Source: Octopus sinensis
Taxonomy: Eukaryota
DNA length: 64,000 bases
NCBI RefSeq assembly: GCF_006345805.1
Contig: NC_043003.1
Span: 52,824,001 to 52,888,000, forward strand
Reading direction: 5' to 3'
Within the stretch, counting starts at the first letter, position 1; each line of letters starts with the position of its first letter. Both the position numbers and the translations under genes were made by a program. The notes under the pieces were generated by a model. It was not told the DNA's origin. It did no database searches and worked only from the letters and a program-made list of their open reading frames with translations. This document shows positions 1-10,942 of this stretch, piece by piece.

Positions 1-1318
1 TCACTAGCTGTATTGCAAAACTGATGGAATCGTGTGTCAGAGAAACACTCTGGAACTTCTGGAGCTCTCACAGTCTCATCCGACCTTCACAATATGGATT
101 TGTCCCTAACTCCAGCTGCAGTGACCAGCTTGTCGAGTTCCTTGAGGACATTACTCAGATCACTGACAGTGGCTCATGGGTGGATGTTGTCTACCTTGAC
201 TTTTCTAAGGCTTTCAACTCTGTGCCACACAAAAGGCTTATGGTGAAACTCTCTGCAATGGGTGTGGGGGATGACCTTTTAACTGGTTGAAATCCTTCAT
301 CCTCAGCCGAAAGGAGGTAGTCACAGTTCTAGGACAGCACTCTACACCATATGAGATGTCATCGGTGTACCACAGGGATCTGTCCTTGGTCCCCTCCTGT
401 TTGTGGCATACATTAATGACATAGATGCCAATTTAAAGAATGCCACAGTATTGAAATATGCAGACGACATCAAGCTGTACCTTGAAATCAAGAGGACTGA
501 TCCTGATGTCTACAACTCTTTCCTGCAATCAGACCTAGACACAATGCAGCAATGGATCACAGACTGGCAACTGAAACTGGCTGTGGACAAGTGTACCACC
601 ATGCATTTTGGGAGAAAAAACCCTGCGTCCACATACTCCCTCCACAACACTGATATCAAGAAATCCTCTTGCGAGCGTGACCTGGGCATCACTGTCAGCA
701 GTGATTTGCGTTGGACAAAGCATATCTCTAAAATTGTCAAGAAGGCCGAGGGTGTCTTGGCATCACTCAGCAAGACTTTTGTTAGCCGCTCTCCAGCCAT
801 CTATTTAAAGCTGTATACAGCTATGGTACGACCACACTTGGAATTCACATCATCAGTTTGGAATCCCTATCTTGCTCAGAACATTGACCTCCTGGAATCT
901 GTCCAGAGACGTGCAACCAAACGCATACCCTCCATCAGACACCTACCATATTCTGAGCGCCTTGTTTCCCTGGGCATGGATTCACTGAAGCTCCGGCGTC
1001 TGGCGACGGACTTGGTAAACACCCACAAGGTTATCAACCACCTCACCAACAACAACACTGAACACCTTTTTGATCTCCATGTGTCTAACACACATGGACA
1101 TGCCTACAAAGTCAGAAAACAACACAGCTCCCATGACTTTCGGAAACATTTTTTCACGCTCAGGGTTGCTGAAGCGTGGAATAAACTGCCTGCGTCAGTT
1201 GTTGACTGCCATGACACTGCATCCTTTAAGGCCCTCATGCTTTCCGAAATCCGCCGAAACTACACCTGATTATATATACACTTTAGATGAGTTGTAGTGC
1301 ACCTGAGCACTGTACACA

Positions 1319-1320
<2 letters not shown>
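1..1320 (+). mobile_element. CR1-clade LINE, RT domain and 3' end (decayed), in a TDO intron; truncated by window edge
   Basis: ORFs 24-290 and 403-1269 give RT motifs QYGF, VVYLDFSKAFNSVPH, (G)VPQGSVLGPLLF and YADDIKL, plus a CR1-type C-terminus (RKHFFTLRVAEAWNKLP). There is an in-frame TGA at 288-290 and a frameshift. The short 3' UTR is followed by an (ATT)n tail. Confidence 0.9.

Positions 1321-1367
<47 letters not shown>
1320..1367 (+). repeat. (ATT)n tail of the CR1 element
   Basis: Perfect ATT array directly after the CR1 3' UTR. Confidence 0.9.
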
Positions 1368-1368
<1 letters not shown>

Positions 1369-1589
1369 GACTAGGGGGCAATTTTTAGTAGACAAAATGG
1401 TCACATAGTGGATTCTTCAATTATTCATTACTGGTGGTACATTTGTACACTACTGCAATGAGTGCATAGAAGAACAGATTATTCTTGCTGTAAATGATAA
1501 GCAGAAGACAATAATGTTTAGCAGATATAATGTATATATTCTGCAAACGGTGTTAATTTTGTTCCTCAATACTGCAAATGTAGCTATCA

Positions 1590-1770
1590 TCATCATCATC
1601 ATTATCATCGTTTAACGTCCACTTTCCATACTAGCATGGGTTGGGCGATTTGACTGAGGACTGGCAAACCAAATGGCTGCACCAGGCTCCAATCTGATCT
1701 GGCAGAGTTTCTACAGCTGGATGCCCTTCCTAACGCCAACCACTCCGAGAGTGTAGTGGGTGCTTTTATA
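1590..1770 (-). mobile_element. SINE 3' fragment with RTE-like tail ending in (TGA)n
   Basis: catcatcatc-gtttaacgtccactttcca-tagcatgggttgg also occurs at 5480-5720 and, reverse-complemented, at 11200-11292. Confidence 0.6.
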
Positions 1771-2232
1771 TGAGCCATATATATAAGAATTTTGTTTTGC
1801 AATCTCATGGCTTTGACTTCTATTTTACTACATCACACCATAACCAAGAGTTTTCAACTATAACATCAGGTTGACTCAAGCCATATAAGTGAAAACTGGT
1901 TGATAGAAATTGCACTGAATTGCATTGTATTTGTTGTGGGGAGGCAGATCTAAGTCATTATATTTAACATTGCCACTCAGTCCTTGGTTATTTTTAGTAG
2001 AATCCAGAGTATTGCAAGAATTCAGAGCAGATCTTTGGCCTGAGGATAATTCATGAATTGTGTTTTTGTTTTCTGTCTGCTTCCACGCCAATCTTGGAAG
2101 TCTGCAGAAATGATTATGGGTACTGCAAACTTCCTCTTCCAACAAAACCATGAAAAATACATCCAAATGTAAATGCTAGTATGAATAAGATTGAAATTAT
2201 ATTGTTAACTGATTTTTTTTGTTTTATTTTAA

Positions 2233-2394
<162 letters not shown>

Positions 2395-2559
2395 TGAGTC
2401 TTATTCTTAACAAAGTTTTCAATCTTCTATACAAAGACTATAAATACTTTGATGGCAGTGCCATAATTCATGCCACCACACTTTTAACTATAGTTATTGT
2501 AGTCATGGTTCTTCATCACTGCTGCTTCCATTTTTAGTGCTTATAATGAAACATATTTG

Positions 2560-2830
2560 ATGGTATATGGTTTAGTGGTTAAGGGTGTTACACTCTCAAT
2601 TGTAAGATCATGGTTCAGTTTCTGGACTGGGTGACACATTGTTCTTGTATAAAACATTTCATTTCCTGTTGCTGTTGTCCACTCAATAGTAAATGAGTTC
2701 TAGCAGTGGCTGGGAAATTAACCTTGCAATGGACAAGTGTCTTGTTCAGTGTGCACATGTTGCGGAGAGTCTTTTAATTTTAGTCATATGCCTTGCAAAC
2801 TGGTTTTAAACCCTGGCTTTATGAGTCCTG
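2560..2830 (+). mobile_element. Degenerate tRNA-head (CORE-like) SINE
   Basis: tggtttagtggttaagg A-box region and aaaacatttcatttcctgttgct core resemble 17905-18149 and 53927-54250. Confidence 0.5.
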
Positions 2831-3880
2831 GGGAACATGACACCTTATGAAGCATATTGTATTTGGTCCTTTGAATAAAACTGGTTCAAAATTTACAACT
2901 ATGTTATAGGTAAGAAAAGGAGAGGTAGGGTGGGAGCTGTAACAAAAAAAAATATTGAAATATGTATTATTACTATATTTCTGATAATTAATGATCAATT
3001 TGTGAAGAAACCTATGTGGATTAGCATTCTAAAGACAACAAAAAAAAAACCTGTGATGTTTAAAAACTGAAAATAAACAATAGAAATTACAGTCTAATCC
3101 AAATTATGTTGTTGTTAATCTCTAGGCTAAACCGTGATTAAGAAAACTTATGATCAAAGACATTCCAGTCTTGACCACTCCAAATTTTTGCAATATCATT
3201 AATTTCATTGTATAATGTAACTCTCAGTTTTTAAGGTAGCTGTGTGTATTTTGAGGGAGATTAAACTATTCTGAGTTGGATAAATGATCATATAGAAATT
3301 CTCTCATTAACTTGGTCATGAATATATAGCAGGAATACTTAGTCTGGATATTGATTAGGACAAAGAGAAGGTTTTTGATGGCATATAAAGTGCACTTCTT
3401 TATCCAAGAAACTGTCTCAAAAAATCAGCCTGGGTTCTGTAAGTGAAGTTAAACTTATATTACACACCTTAACACTTTAGCATTCAGATTATTCTGTCAA
3501 ATGTAATGCTTGCTTGTTCATATTGTTTTTAATTAATCATAAATTAACTCATTGCTTCATGATCTCAATGAGGTGACTTTATTTTTAGAATGACATTGTA
3601 AAGTAGGTGTTTGAACATAAAACTAATTTGAACATAAAACAGGTAGAACATTTCGGCTGAAGATGACTAGTTTAAATGCTAAAGAGTTAATGCACCAAAA
3701 CTTTTTTTGCCATAATATGCAGTGCTAAAACTGGGGTGCATCTAATATGCTGGTGTGTCTTTTATGCCATCAAATAAGGTAATAACCAAAGCAGAAGGAA
3801 GCAAGGAGACAAAGGATAATAAAAGCTCAGAACTTTAAATGTACCAATAGCAAGTTATAATTATTATTATTATTATTATT

Positions 3881-4311
3881 GAGTGAGAGAGCAGTTCATG
3901 CCATCAAAGTGACACTGGGGTAAAATATACGAAGCCCAATATACCCATCATGACTACCCGTCTGATAAGGGTACACCAGGCACATGCATCACAACCATAA
4001 GTGCGCAACATGGTGATCTCATATCAAGATAAACAGCACATGACCTTGCAGGTGGGGGCCCAGTTAGAATTTTCTTCAGGTCGAGTAACCCATCCCACTC
4101 GAAAGGTCCCTGAATAAGGGTTGTTTAAGGATGTTGAACGAAACACCCATGTTTCCAGAGGTGAATTATTCAAACCCCAAAGAATCCCTCTCAAGACACG
4201 GCTATGATGCTCCCCGACTACTTCTGCTCATGATCAGAGATGCACATATTCTCAGCCACTAAGGGACATGCTCAACTGGTTAAGGTCAAACAACTGACAA
4301 GCAAATCTGTG
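3881..4311 (-). mobile_element. Unclassified interspersed repeat, probable LINE 3' end, with (TAA)n on both flanks
   Basis: Near-identical to 59073-59510. No intact ORF seen. Confidence 0.7.
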
Positions 4312-5479
4312 ATTATTATTATTTTATTTTTTTTGAAATGGTTATTTTCTAGCATTTATATTTCTAAAGTGTTCAGCAGTTTTTCAAGATAATACTAATA
4401 CATTGTAATAACTAGATCTAAAAATAATAAAATATTGTCTTGAAGAATGATTTAATTGACTGGCCCCTCCCCCAAAATTTCGGGCCTTGTGCCTAGAGTA
4501 GAAAAGAAATACGAAAAGATGATAGATTTCTTCTAGCTGTAATAAAGTATATTGCAGTTATTTTTGTAGTGTAATAATTTGCAGCACTTTTAAGCAGTTG
4601 GATAAAATTTCTGAGTAAATCCTGAATAAAATTAAACAGGTACTTTTGTGAAATTACCCAAGTGGAAATTTTGTTATAGGTTTTCTTGTGAAAATATTTG
4701 GAAAATTTGTGAACATCATTATTAAGCTATTAATGCCAGAAATCAAATTCAAAGTAACTTGGTGAAACAGTCAGATTCTCTGTATTTATATTTTACCAAC
4801 TTAAAAAACAAACAAACAAACAAACAAAAAAAACAACAAAAATAAACAAACAAAAAAAACAACAAAAATACCTAGCAAAATTGTTAAAACATTAAATAAA
4901 ATGTCTTGTGGTATTTGTTACAGCTCTTTACATTCTGATTTCAAATCCTGCTAAGGTCTTTACTTTTCATACTTTTTTTTTTTGGTTGTTGTGAGGGTGA
5001 TAAAATATTGGTCAGTTATAGGGTTCATGTAATTGATGTAATTGACTAACTCCTCCCATCAAAATGCTGGAATTGTGCTTAAATTTGAAATCCTTAATTA
5101 GTAATTTTTTAATAAATTGTATTAATTATTAATTTCAAAAAATTATTTGGCACTTTTCTTCAAGTTGTGAGACATAAGGAAAGTATTTTTACTTAGGATA
5201 TTAACTTTTTATGGAGCATAGGCCATCAATAATTCTACTGTTCTTAATACTGGTTGTCACCATAACACAAGAACTGAACCTTGTGATAGATAAGAAATTA
5301 TGAACATTGTCAAAAATTGAGTAATTCCAAATTTAGTAGTCTGTGTCTTGAATAATCGGTATAAGAAATAAAAGTTATTTTCTAATACTATCCATTTCTC
5401 TTTTGAAATTAAAACCTATCTTTGGCACTTATTCATTCTATATTCATCATCATCACCATCATCATTATCATCATCATCC

Positions 5480-5720
5480 ATACTGTCTTCATCATTTAAC
5501 GTCCATGTTCCATGCCGGCATGGGTTGGATGGCTTGACAGGATCCGATGTGTCCAAGTATCTACTTTGGCATGGTTTCTATGTCAGGATGTCCTTCTTAA
5601 CATCAAGCACTTTGTAGCATGTACTGGGCGACTTCTTTTTGGTGCCACTAGCACTAGTGAAGTTGCCATGCAGCTGGCAGGACTATGGAAACCAAGGTCG
5701 GAGTATAGAGGTTGGAAGCT
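5480..5720 (-). mobile_element. SINE 3' fragment with RTE-like tail
   Basis: Similar to 1590-1770; begins with a (CAT)n array. Confidence 0.5.
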
Positions 5721-5871
5721 TTATGCAAGAAGATGAGAGGTTTAATCCTTTAGCATTTAATCTGGCTATATCAGGCTCAAATATTCTGCAGGTTTTATGT
5801 TCAAATTGACCAAATTCAGCCATTCACACTTATTCTATAATATCATTCTAAAAATTTACTAACACATCACA

Positions 5872-6040
5872 GGAGTGGCTGTGTGGTAAGTTGCTTGCTT
5901 GCCAACCACATGGTTCCGGGTTCATTCCCACTGCATTGCACTTTGAGCAAGTGTTTTCTACTATAGCCTCAGGCCGACCAAAGCCTTGTGAGTGGATTTG
6001 GTAGATAGAAACTGAAAGAAGCCTGTCGTATGTATGTGTA
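5872..6040 (+). mobile_element. SINE-A 5' half (tRNA-derived head)
   Basis: ggagtggctgtgtggtaag...ggttccgggttcattccc A/B-box-like head, ending in gaagcctgtcgtat plus (TA)n like the full copy at 14782-15186. Confidence 0.85.
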
Positions 6041-6058
6041 TATATATATATTTATATA

Positions 6059-6310
6059 TTTGTTGTGCAAGATCTTTTATGTGAAGTTGTGTGTTGAAAC
6101 AGATATTGTTATATTTCGGAATAGTCATTTTGCCAGTTTAGCCAATAAAAACACATGCACTAAATATTTGGCGTTACTTTGCTTCAGTGTTATTTATTTT
6201 TTACATTAATCTTAATCTTATTTCAACCAGAGTTCTTTCATCACACTCCTGTGACAGCATCAGTGGTCCTTTGTTTTCTCCTTGCTAACTGTCAGCCATT
6301 TTGTATGTCT
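6059..6310 (-). mobile_element. Penelope-like terminal repeat fragment carrying a hammerhead-like motif
   Basis: Highly similar to 52259-52480, sits in (TA)n, and contains a CUGAUG...GAAA motif on the - strand. The PLE assignment is inferred from the motif. Confidence 0.55.
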
Positions 6311-6755
6311 TCATTTGCGCATGCTTATATCTCTATGTGCGTCTATGTTTATTTAGTGTGTGTGGTTGGGATGCCTGTAATATTTGTATCTTCTGTTTAT
6401 ATACGTTCATGTAATTTGTTTTTGTTTATTCTTATTTTGTTCATGTGTTTACAACCACTTATTATTATCATTACATATGCTTGTATGTATGTATAACAAC
6501 AATACTAGTAATAATAATAATAAATCCCCCCAAAAATCTTTAAAATAAAAAAAAAACAACTTATATAGTTATTTATTTCTATTTGTTTATTTATCTGTGT
6601 ATTTTACTTATTATGTTTTTAGTTTTGTTTATATTGTAAAATAATAAATAAAATACACAGATAAATAAACAAATAAAAATAAATAACTATATAACTCAGA
6701 GTAACAGGTTTTTGTTGAATTTTCTGCTGCTTTAAATAAAGTATATGTATGTATG

Positions 6756-6788
<33 letters not shown>

Positions 6789-7158
6789 TATATAAAATGA
6801 GATAGGGGTTGTAAATTCAACCCTCCATGGGATAACATATATCCAATATACTGCTAGAGAAGTACCCAACAAAGCTAATACATAAATGTTAAAAATTGCG
6901 ATGCAATTAATTCATTTACTGTATTAGGTGGGCAAAGGTAAAATTATTTTTACCGTAAATTAATAATACAAAATGAGAAAATGGAGAACTATATCTAAAT
7001 CAATCATCAACTATCAGATAATACCGAATCAATACTTTATTAAAACACTACACAATAGCAATGATATTATACATTAATATAGTACAATAATTACAATCAA
7101 TATGATGAAATATAACTAAATAAATATAACAAGACATAGAAATACATTTACATTGTAG

Positions 7159-7267
7159 CTGACAGCTGTTTCGGCCATGAAGACAGGTATGTCTCATTTA
7201 ACCTATTAGCCATATAATGCAGGTATAAATGAGACATTAACAAGAATATCTTACAGCCTCTTCAGAG
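7159..7267 (-). ncRNA. Type I hammerhead ribozyme motif with long stem II
   Basis: - strand reads CU-CUGAAGA-GGCUG...UGGCC-GAAA-CAGCUG-UC/AG. Stem III is the palindrome ACAGCUGU with a GUC triplet. Stem II includes the 12-bp inverted repeat atgtctcattta/taaatgagacat. Confidence 0.7.
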
Positions 7268-7605
7268 ATTTTAATGCAAGTATGAGTACAAATCCTAAAT
7301 AATTTACATATAAATATAAATATGAGTGCATACATACTCATATTCTTACATATATATATATATACACAATAATACAATATAAACAATATAGATCAATATA
7401 CATCAACAAACACAATAATGTTCCATATTGAACTCCACAGCTCCTCAACTAACATCAAGAAACCACAACAGACACACTCACACTCAATGCAGGCATATAT
7501 ATTAAACAGTTCAATATATTAAAATGTGTCACTTCACAAAAAGTCAATAAAGTTAATACCACCACCATAGTACCATCCAATGCAAGTGGATATCTGCATA
7601 TATTT

Positions 7606-7652
<47 letters not shown>

Positions 7653-7659
7653 GTATGTA

Positions 7660-7890
7660 TGTATATATGTGTGTCTGTGTATGTATATGTTTGTGTGTCT
7701 GTGTTTGTTCCCCCAACATCGCTTGACAATCGATGCTGGTGTGTTTACGTCCCCGTAACTTAGCAGTTCAGCGTAAGTGACCGATAGAATAAGTACTAGG
7801 CTTACAAAGAATAAGTCCTGGCGTCGATTTGCTCGGCTAAAGATGGTGCTCCAGCATGGCCGCAGTCAAATGACTGAAACAAGTAAAAGA
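7660..7890 (+). mobile_element. SINE-A 3' half
   Basis: gtgtctgtgtttgttcccccaacatcgcttgacaatcgatgctgg...ggtgctccagcatggccgcagtcaaatgactgaaacaagtaaaagag. Confidence 0.85.
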
Positions 7891-8636
7891 GACATCATTG
7901 AAATCTGGAAGCAGTGAAATAATAAATGATTAAGTCAAACCAATTTGAACAGATAAACATTATGCTTAACAGAATAATCTGAATGCTAAAGAGTTAAAAT
8001 ATAATTAAAAGCACAGAATGTGGAATAATTATTTTAAAGAAGTAAATTGTTGTAACACATCGATCCTAAAACTATCTTACAATTTTTGTAAAAAGAGTTC
8101 CAGATGCAGGCATGGTTGTAGGAAATTTGCCTTGTAACCATTGCCACTACACGGCACCTTTACTGTAGTCACAGGTTAACCAGAGCCTTGTGAGTGAATT
8201 TGGCAGACAGAAATTGTGTGGAAGCCTATTGCGATGTGCATGTGTGTGAACCTGTGTGTTTGTCACACCATCATCTGAAAATAGATGCTGGTTTGTTTAC
8301 GTCCACGTAAATGAGCAGTTCGACAAAAGAAGGGAATAAAAATATAAATCAGACTTAAAAAAAAGTAAATGTGGGCTGACGTCATCCCACAGTAAATACC
8401 GAGATCGATTTTCCCGTCTGAACCCTCTAAGGCGGTGCCCTAGCATGGCCACAGTCTAATAACTGAAACAAGTAAAAGATGGATAAACAAATTAGATTAT
8501 TGCGAGCAGGACATCTTGAATGAACTGCGAGACTTCTTGTCTTCCTCACAGTTATCTCCCTTTAAGAACATTCATCGTCTTTGTCTCTGCAAACCATTAC
8601 TAGTTTCTTTAGCTTCTACTGTTTTCAGTTACATGA

Positions 8637-8873
<237 letters not shown>

Positions 8874-8886
8874 ATATAGAATGAGC

Positions 8887-8892
8887 AATAAA
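8887..8892 (+). promoter_or_regulatory. Candidate polyadenylation signal of TDO
   Basis: AATAAA 13 nt after the stop codon; usage not demonstrable from sequence. Confidence 0.5.
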
Positions 8893-9053
8893 ACCTGTTA
8901 TGAAATGATTATGGAGAAAAATACATTTACACAAATAGCTAACAGGGTGCTATCTAATATTTCGATAAATTTTCTTATTTTTCTCCATTAAAATTGATTA
9001 AAGTGTTTGATTCAAATTTTTTCCCATTGAACTTCTTTCGCATTTATAGATTA

Positions 9054-9454
9054 CTAGCATTATCGCCCGGCGTTGCTCGGGTTTGTAAGGGAAATAACTA
9101 TATAAGCATTTTTAGAGAGTTATAGCCAAAAAATAGCAAAAAAATGCATTAAAAATGGAAAAAAAATGATGGTAAATTTTTTTTTTAAATCGTTGACTCA
9201 TCGTAGACATTTTTAGAGAGTTACTTCCCTTATATAATAGCAAAAAAATGCATTAAAATGGAAAAAAATGATGGTAATTTTTTTTTAAATCGTAGACTCA
9301 TCGTAGACGCGCGCTAATACCCAGAAGGGCTCGATATGAATTACGACTATAAGATACCCGGTTTTGGTTAAACTGCACCGCAAAATGTGGGAGTAGTTAG
9401 GAATCTAAATCGTAGGAGACAGACAGCACACAACCTCACTTTTATATATAAAGA
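9054..9454 (-). mobile_element. Non-autonomous Helitron
   Basis: - strand reads A|TCTTTATATATAAAA ... CCCGAGCAACGCCGGG hairpin ... CTAG|T, with no TSD. Second copy at 31461-31849. Confidence 0.85.
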
Positions 9455-10376
9455 TTTATTATTCTATAGAGTTCTATAATCATTGTATCTTATAGTGCTC
9501 TTGTACTATAATAATATGGATGTCTTTCTATGACTTTTACTATAATTTTAGTATCATATTTTCTTAGAGATTTTATATCACAGATATTGATAATTCATAA
9601 AAATGAACAAGTTCAAACACTATTTAAACTCTGGAAGTATTACAGGTTTGATTATCATCTTTTAATTGGAATATCGGAGTTGATTTTAATTACTGTTGAA
9701 CCAAAAATTTTCGTTAGAAATATACCTAATTAAACTTGTCACTCCCAAAATTTAACTGACATAGTTTGTCTATAATTTATTTTTGATTAACCTAAATAAT
9801 TTAAAATTTAAATTAAATATCACCATGAGAGATGAAGTGTGAAAGCCACAGTTGAAAAGGCAAGCTGCTGGATTTTGTTAAAAAAAAGATTATGGGAAGT
9901 GGTTAGAATAACATTGTAACAAGATTGTTATATAGTTGATCTTCATATCAGAACTGGGACCTCGTTTCAGGGTGGGGGCAAGTGCAGTATAAAACGCTCA
10001 AGAGAAAAGGCGACAAAATAGTGAGTATCCTTTTGGTGATCCTGTCAAACAGCAAGTGTGTGGAAGTATCTGGTCTGTAAATCTACTTTAAATTATATTT
10101 CTGACAGACTAGAAGGAATAAATATTCCATCAGCAAAAGATAAACCCAGAAGTGTTTACTATTGCTTTGTATTATTAGATCTTTTCTGCATCAACAAAAT
10201 CAGCCTGAGTATGGATTAAACATGTCTTCTATCTTTCAAAGCTCAACCAACTTGCTGATCTGAGTTCTCAGTAATGTAGCTCTGTGGTTAAGTAGTTCGC
10301 TTCTCAACCACATGGTTCGCAGTTCAGGCTCATTGCATAGTACTGTGGATAAGTATCTTTAGCTATAGTCCTAGAT

Positions 10377-10942
10377 CAGGGGTTCTCAACCGCTTTTTAA
10401 CTATGGACGCCTTTGATTACTACTTTATTCTGGTGGGCTCCAATAACCATTCGATATTTAAAGATTTGTCTTAGAAACTTCTTTCAAAACCCCTCTTGTT
10501 TTTTCGCACATTAACTTGTGTAAGTTCAATCATGTAAAATGTTAGAGATAGAAACCAAGCTCTTTCTTGCAATATATACATCGGATCTTTACCTTTTGAC
10601 AAACAACGGCAGTAATTTTATTCAGCTGAATACACGTCATTGATTGGTTGAAATTACCGAAATACGACTACTTTAACACGAAATAACTTCGTAAACTTAA
10701 ACTTTTCTCAAAAACGCTAAGACTAAAAGATATTTTATATGACACATTCTACCAGTATTCGAAGTTTGAAAGTGCTTACTTACAAAAAATTATTTCCTAA
10801 ATCTGCCGGTCAGAAGGTAAAGATCCCATACATCTGAAGCAAAATTTTTTCAAGGGCATAAGATACTATTGTGGACCCCTAGTTTACTGTTTTGTAACGT
10901 GGACCCCAAAAGTCTTACATGGACAGCGGTTGAGAACCACTG
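10377..10942. mobile_element. hAT-type MITE
   Basis: TIRs CAGGGGTTCTCAACC / GGTTGAGAACCACTG. The 8-bp flanks tcctagat / atgtagat are a partly decayed TSD. A similar left end occurs at ~58053. Confidence 0.8.
10583..10826. mobile_element. Nested MITE inside the hAT MITE
   Basis: TIRs GGATCTTTACCTTTTGAC / GTCAGAAGGTAAAGATCC (17/18). Flanks tatacatc / catacatc (7/8) fit an 8-bp TSD. Confidence 0.75.

Noticed and set aside
9971-10020. Possible 50-nt exon (tttcAG...GTGAGT) or GGGTGGGG/CAAGTG/TATAAAA promoter
   Set aside because: No recognisable peptide (WGQVQYKTLKRKGDKI), a weak polypyrimidine tract and no good Inr at the expected distance.
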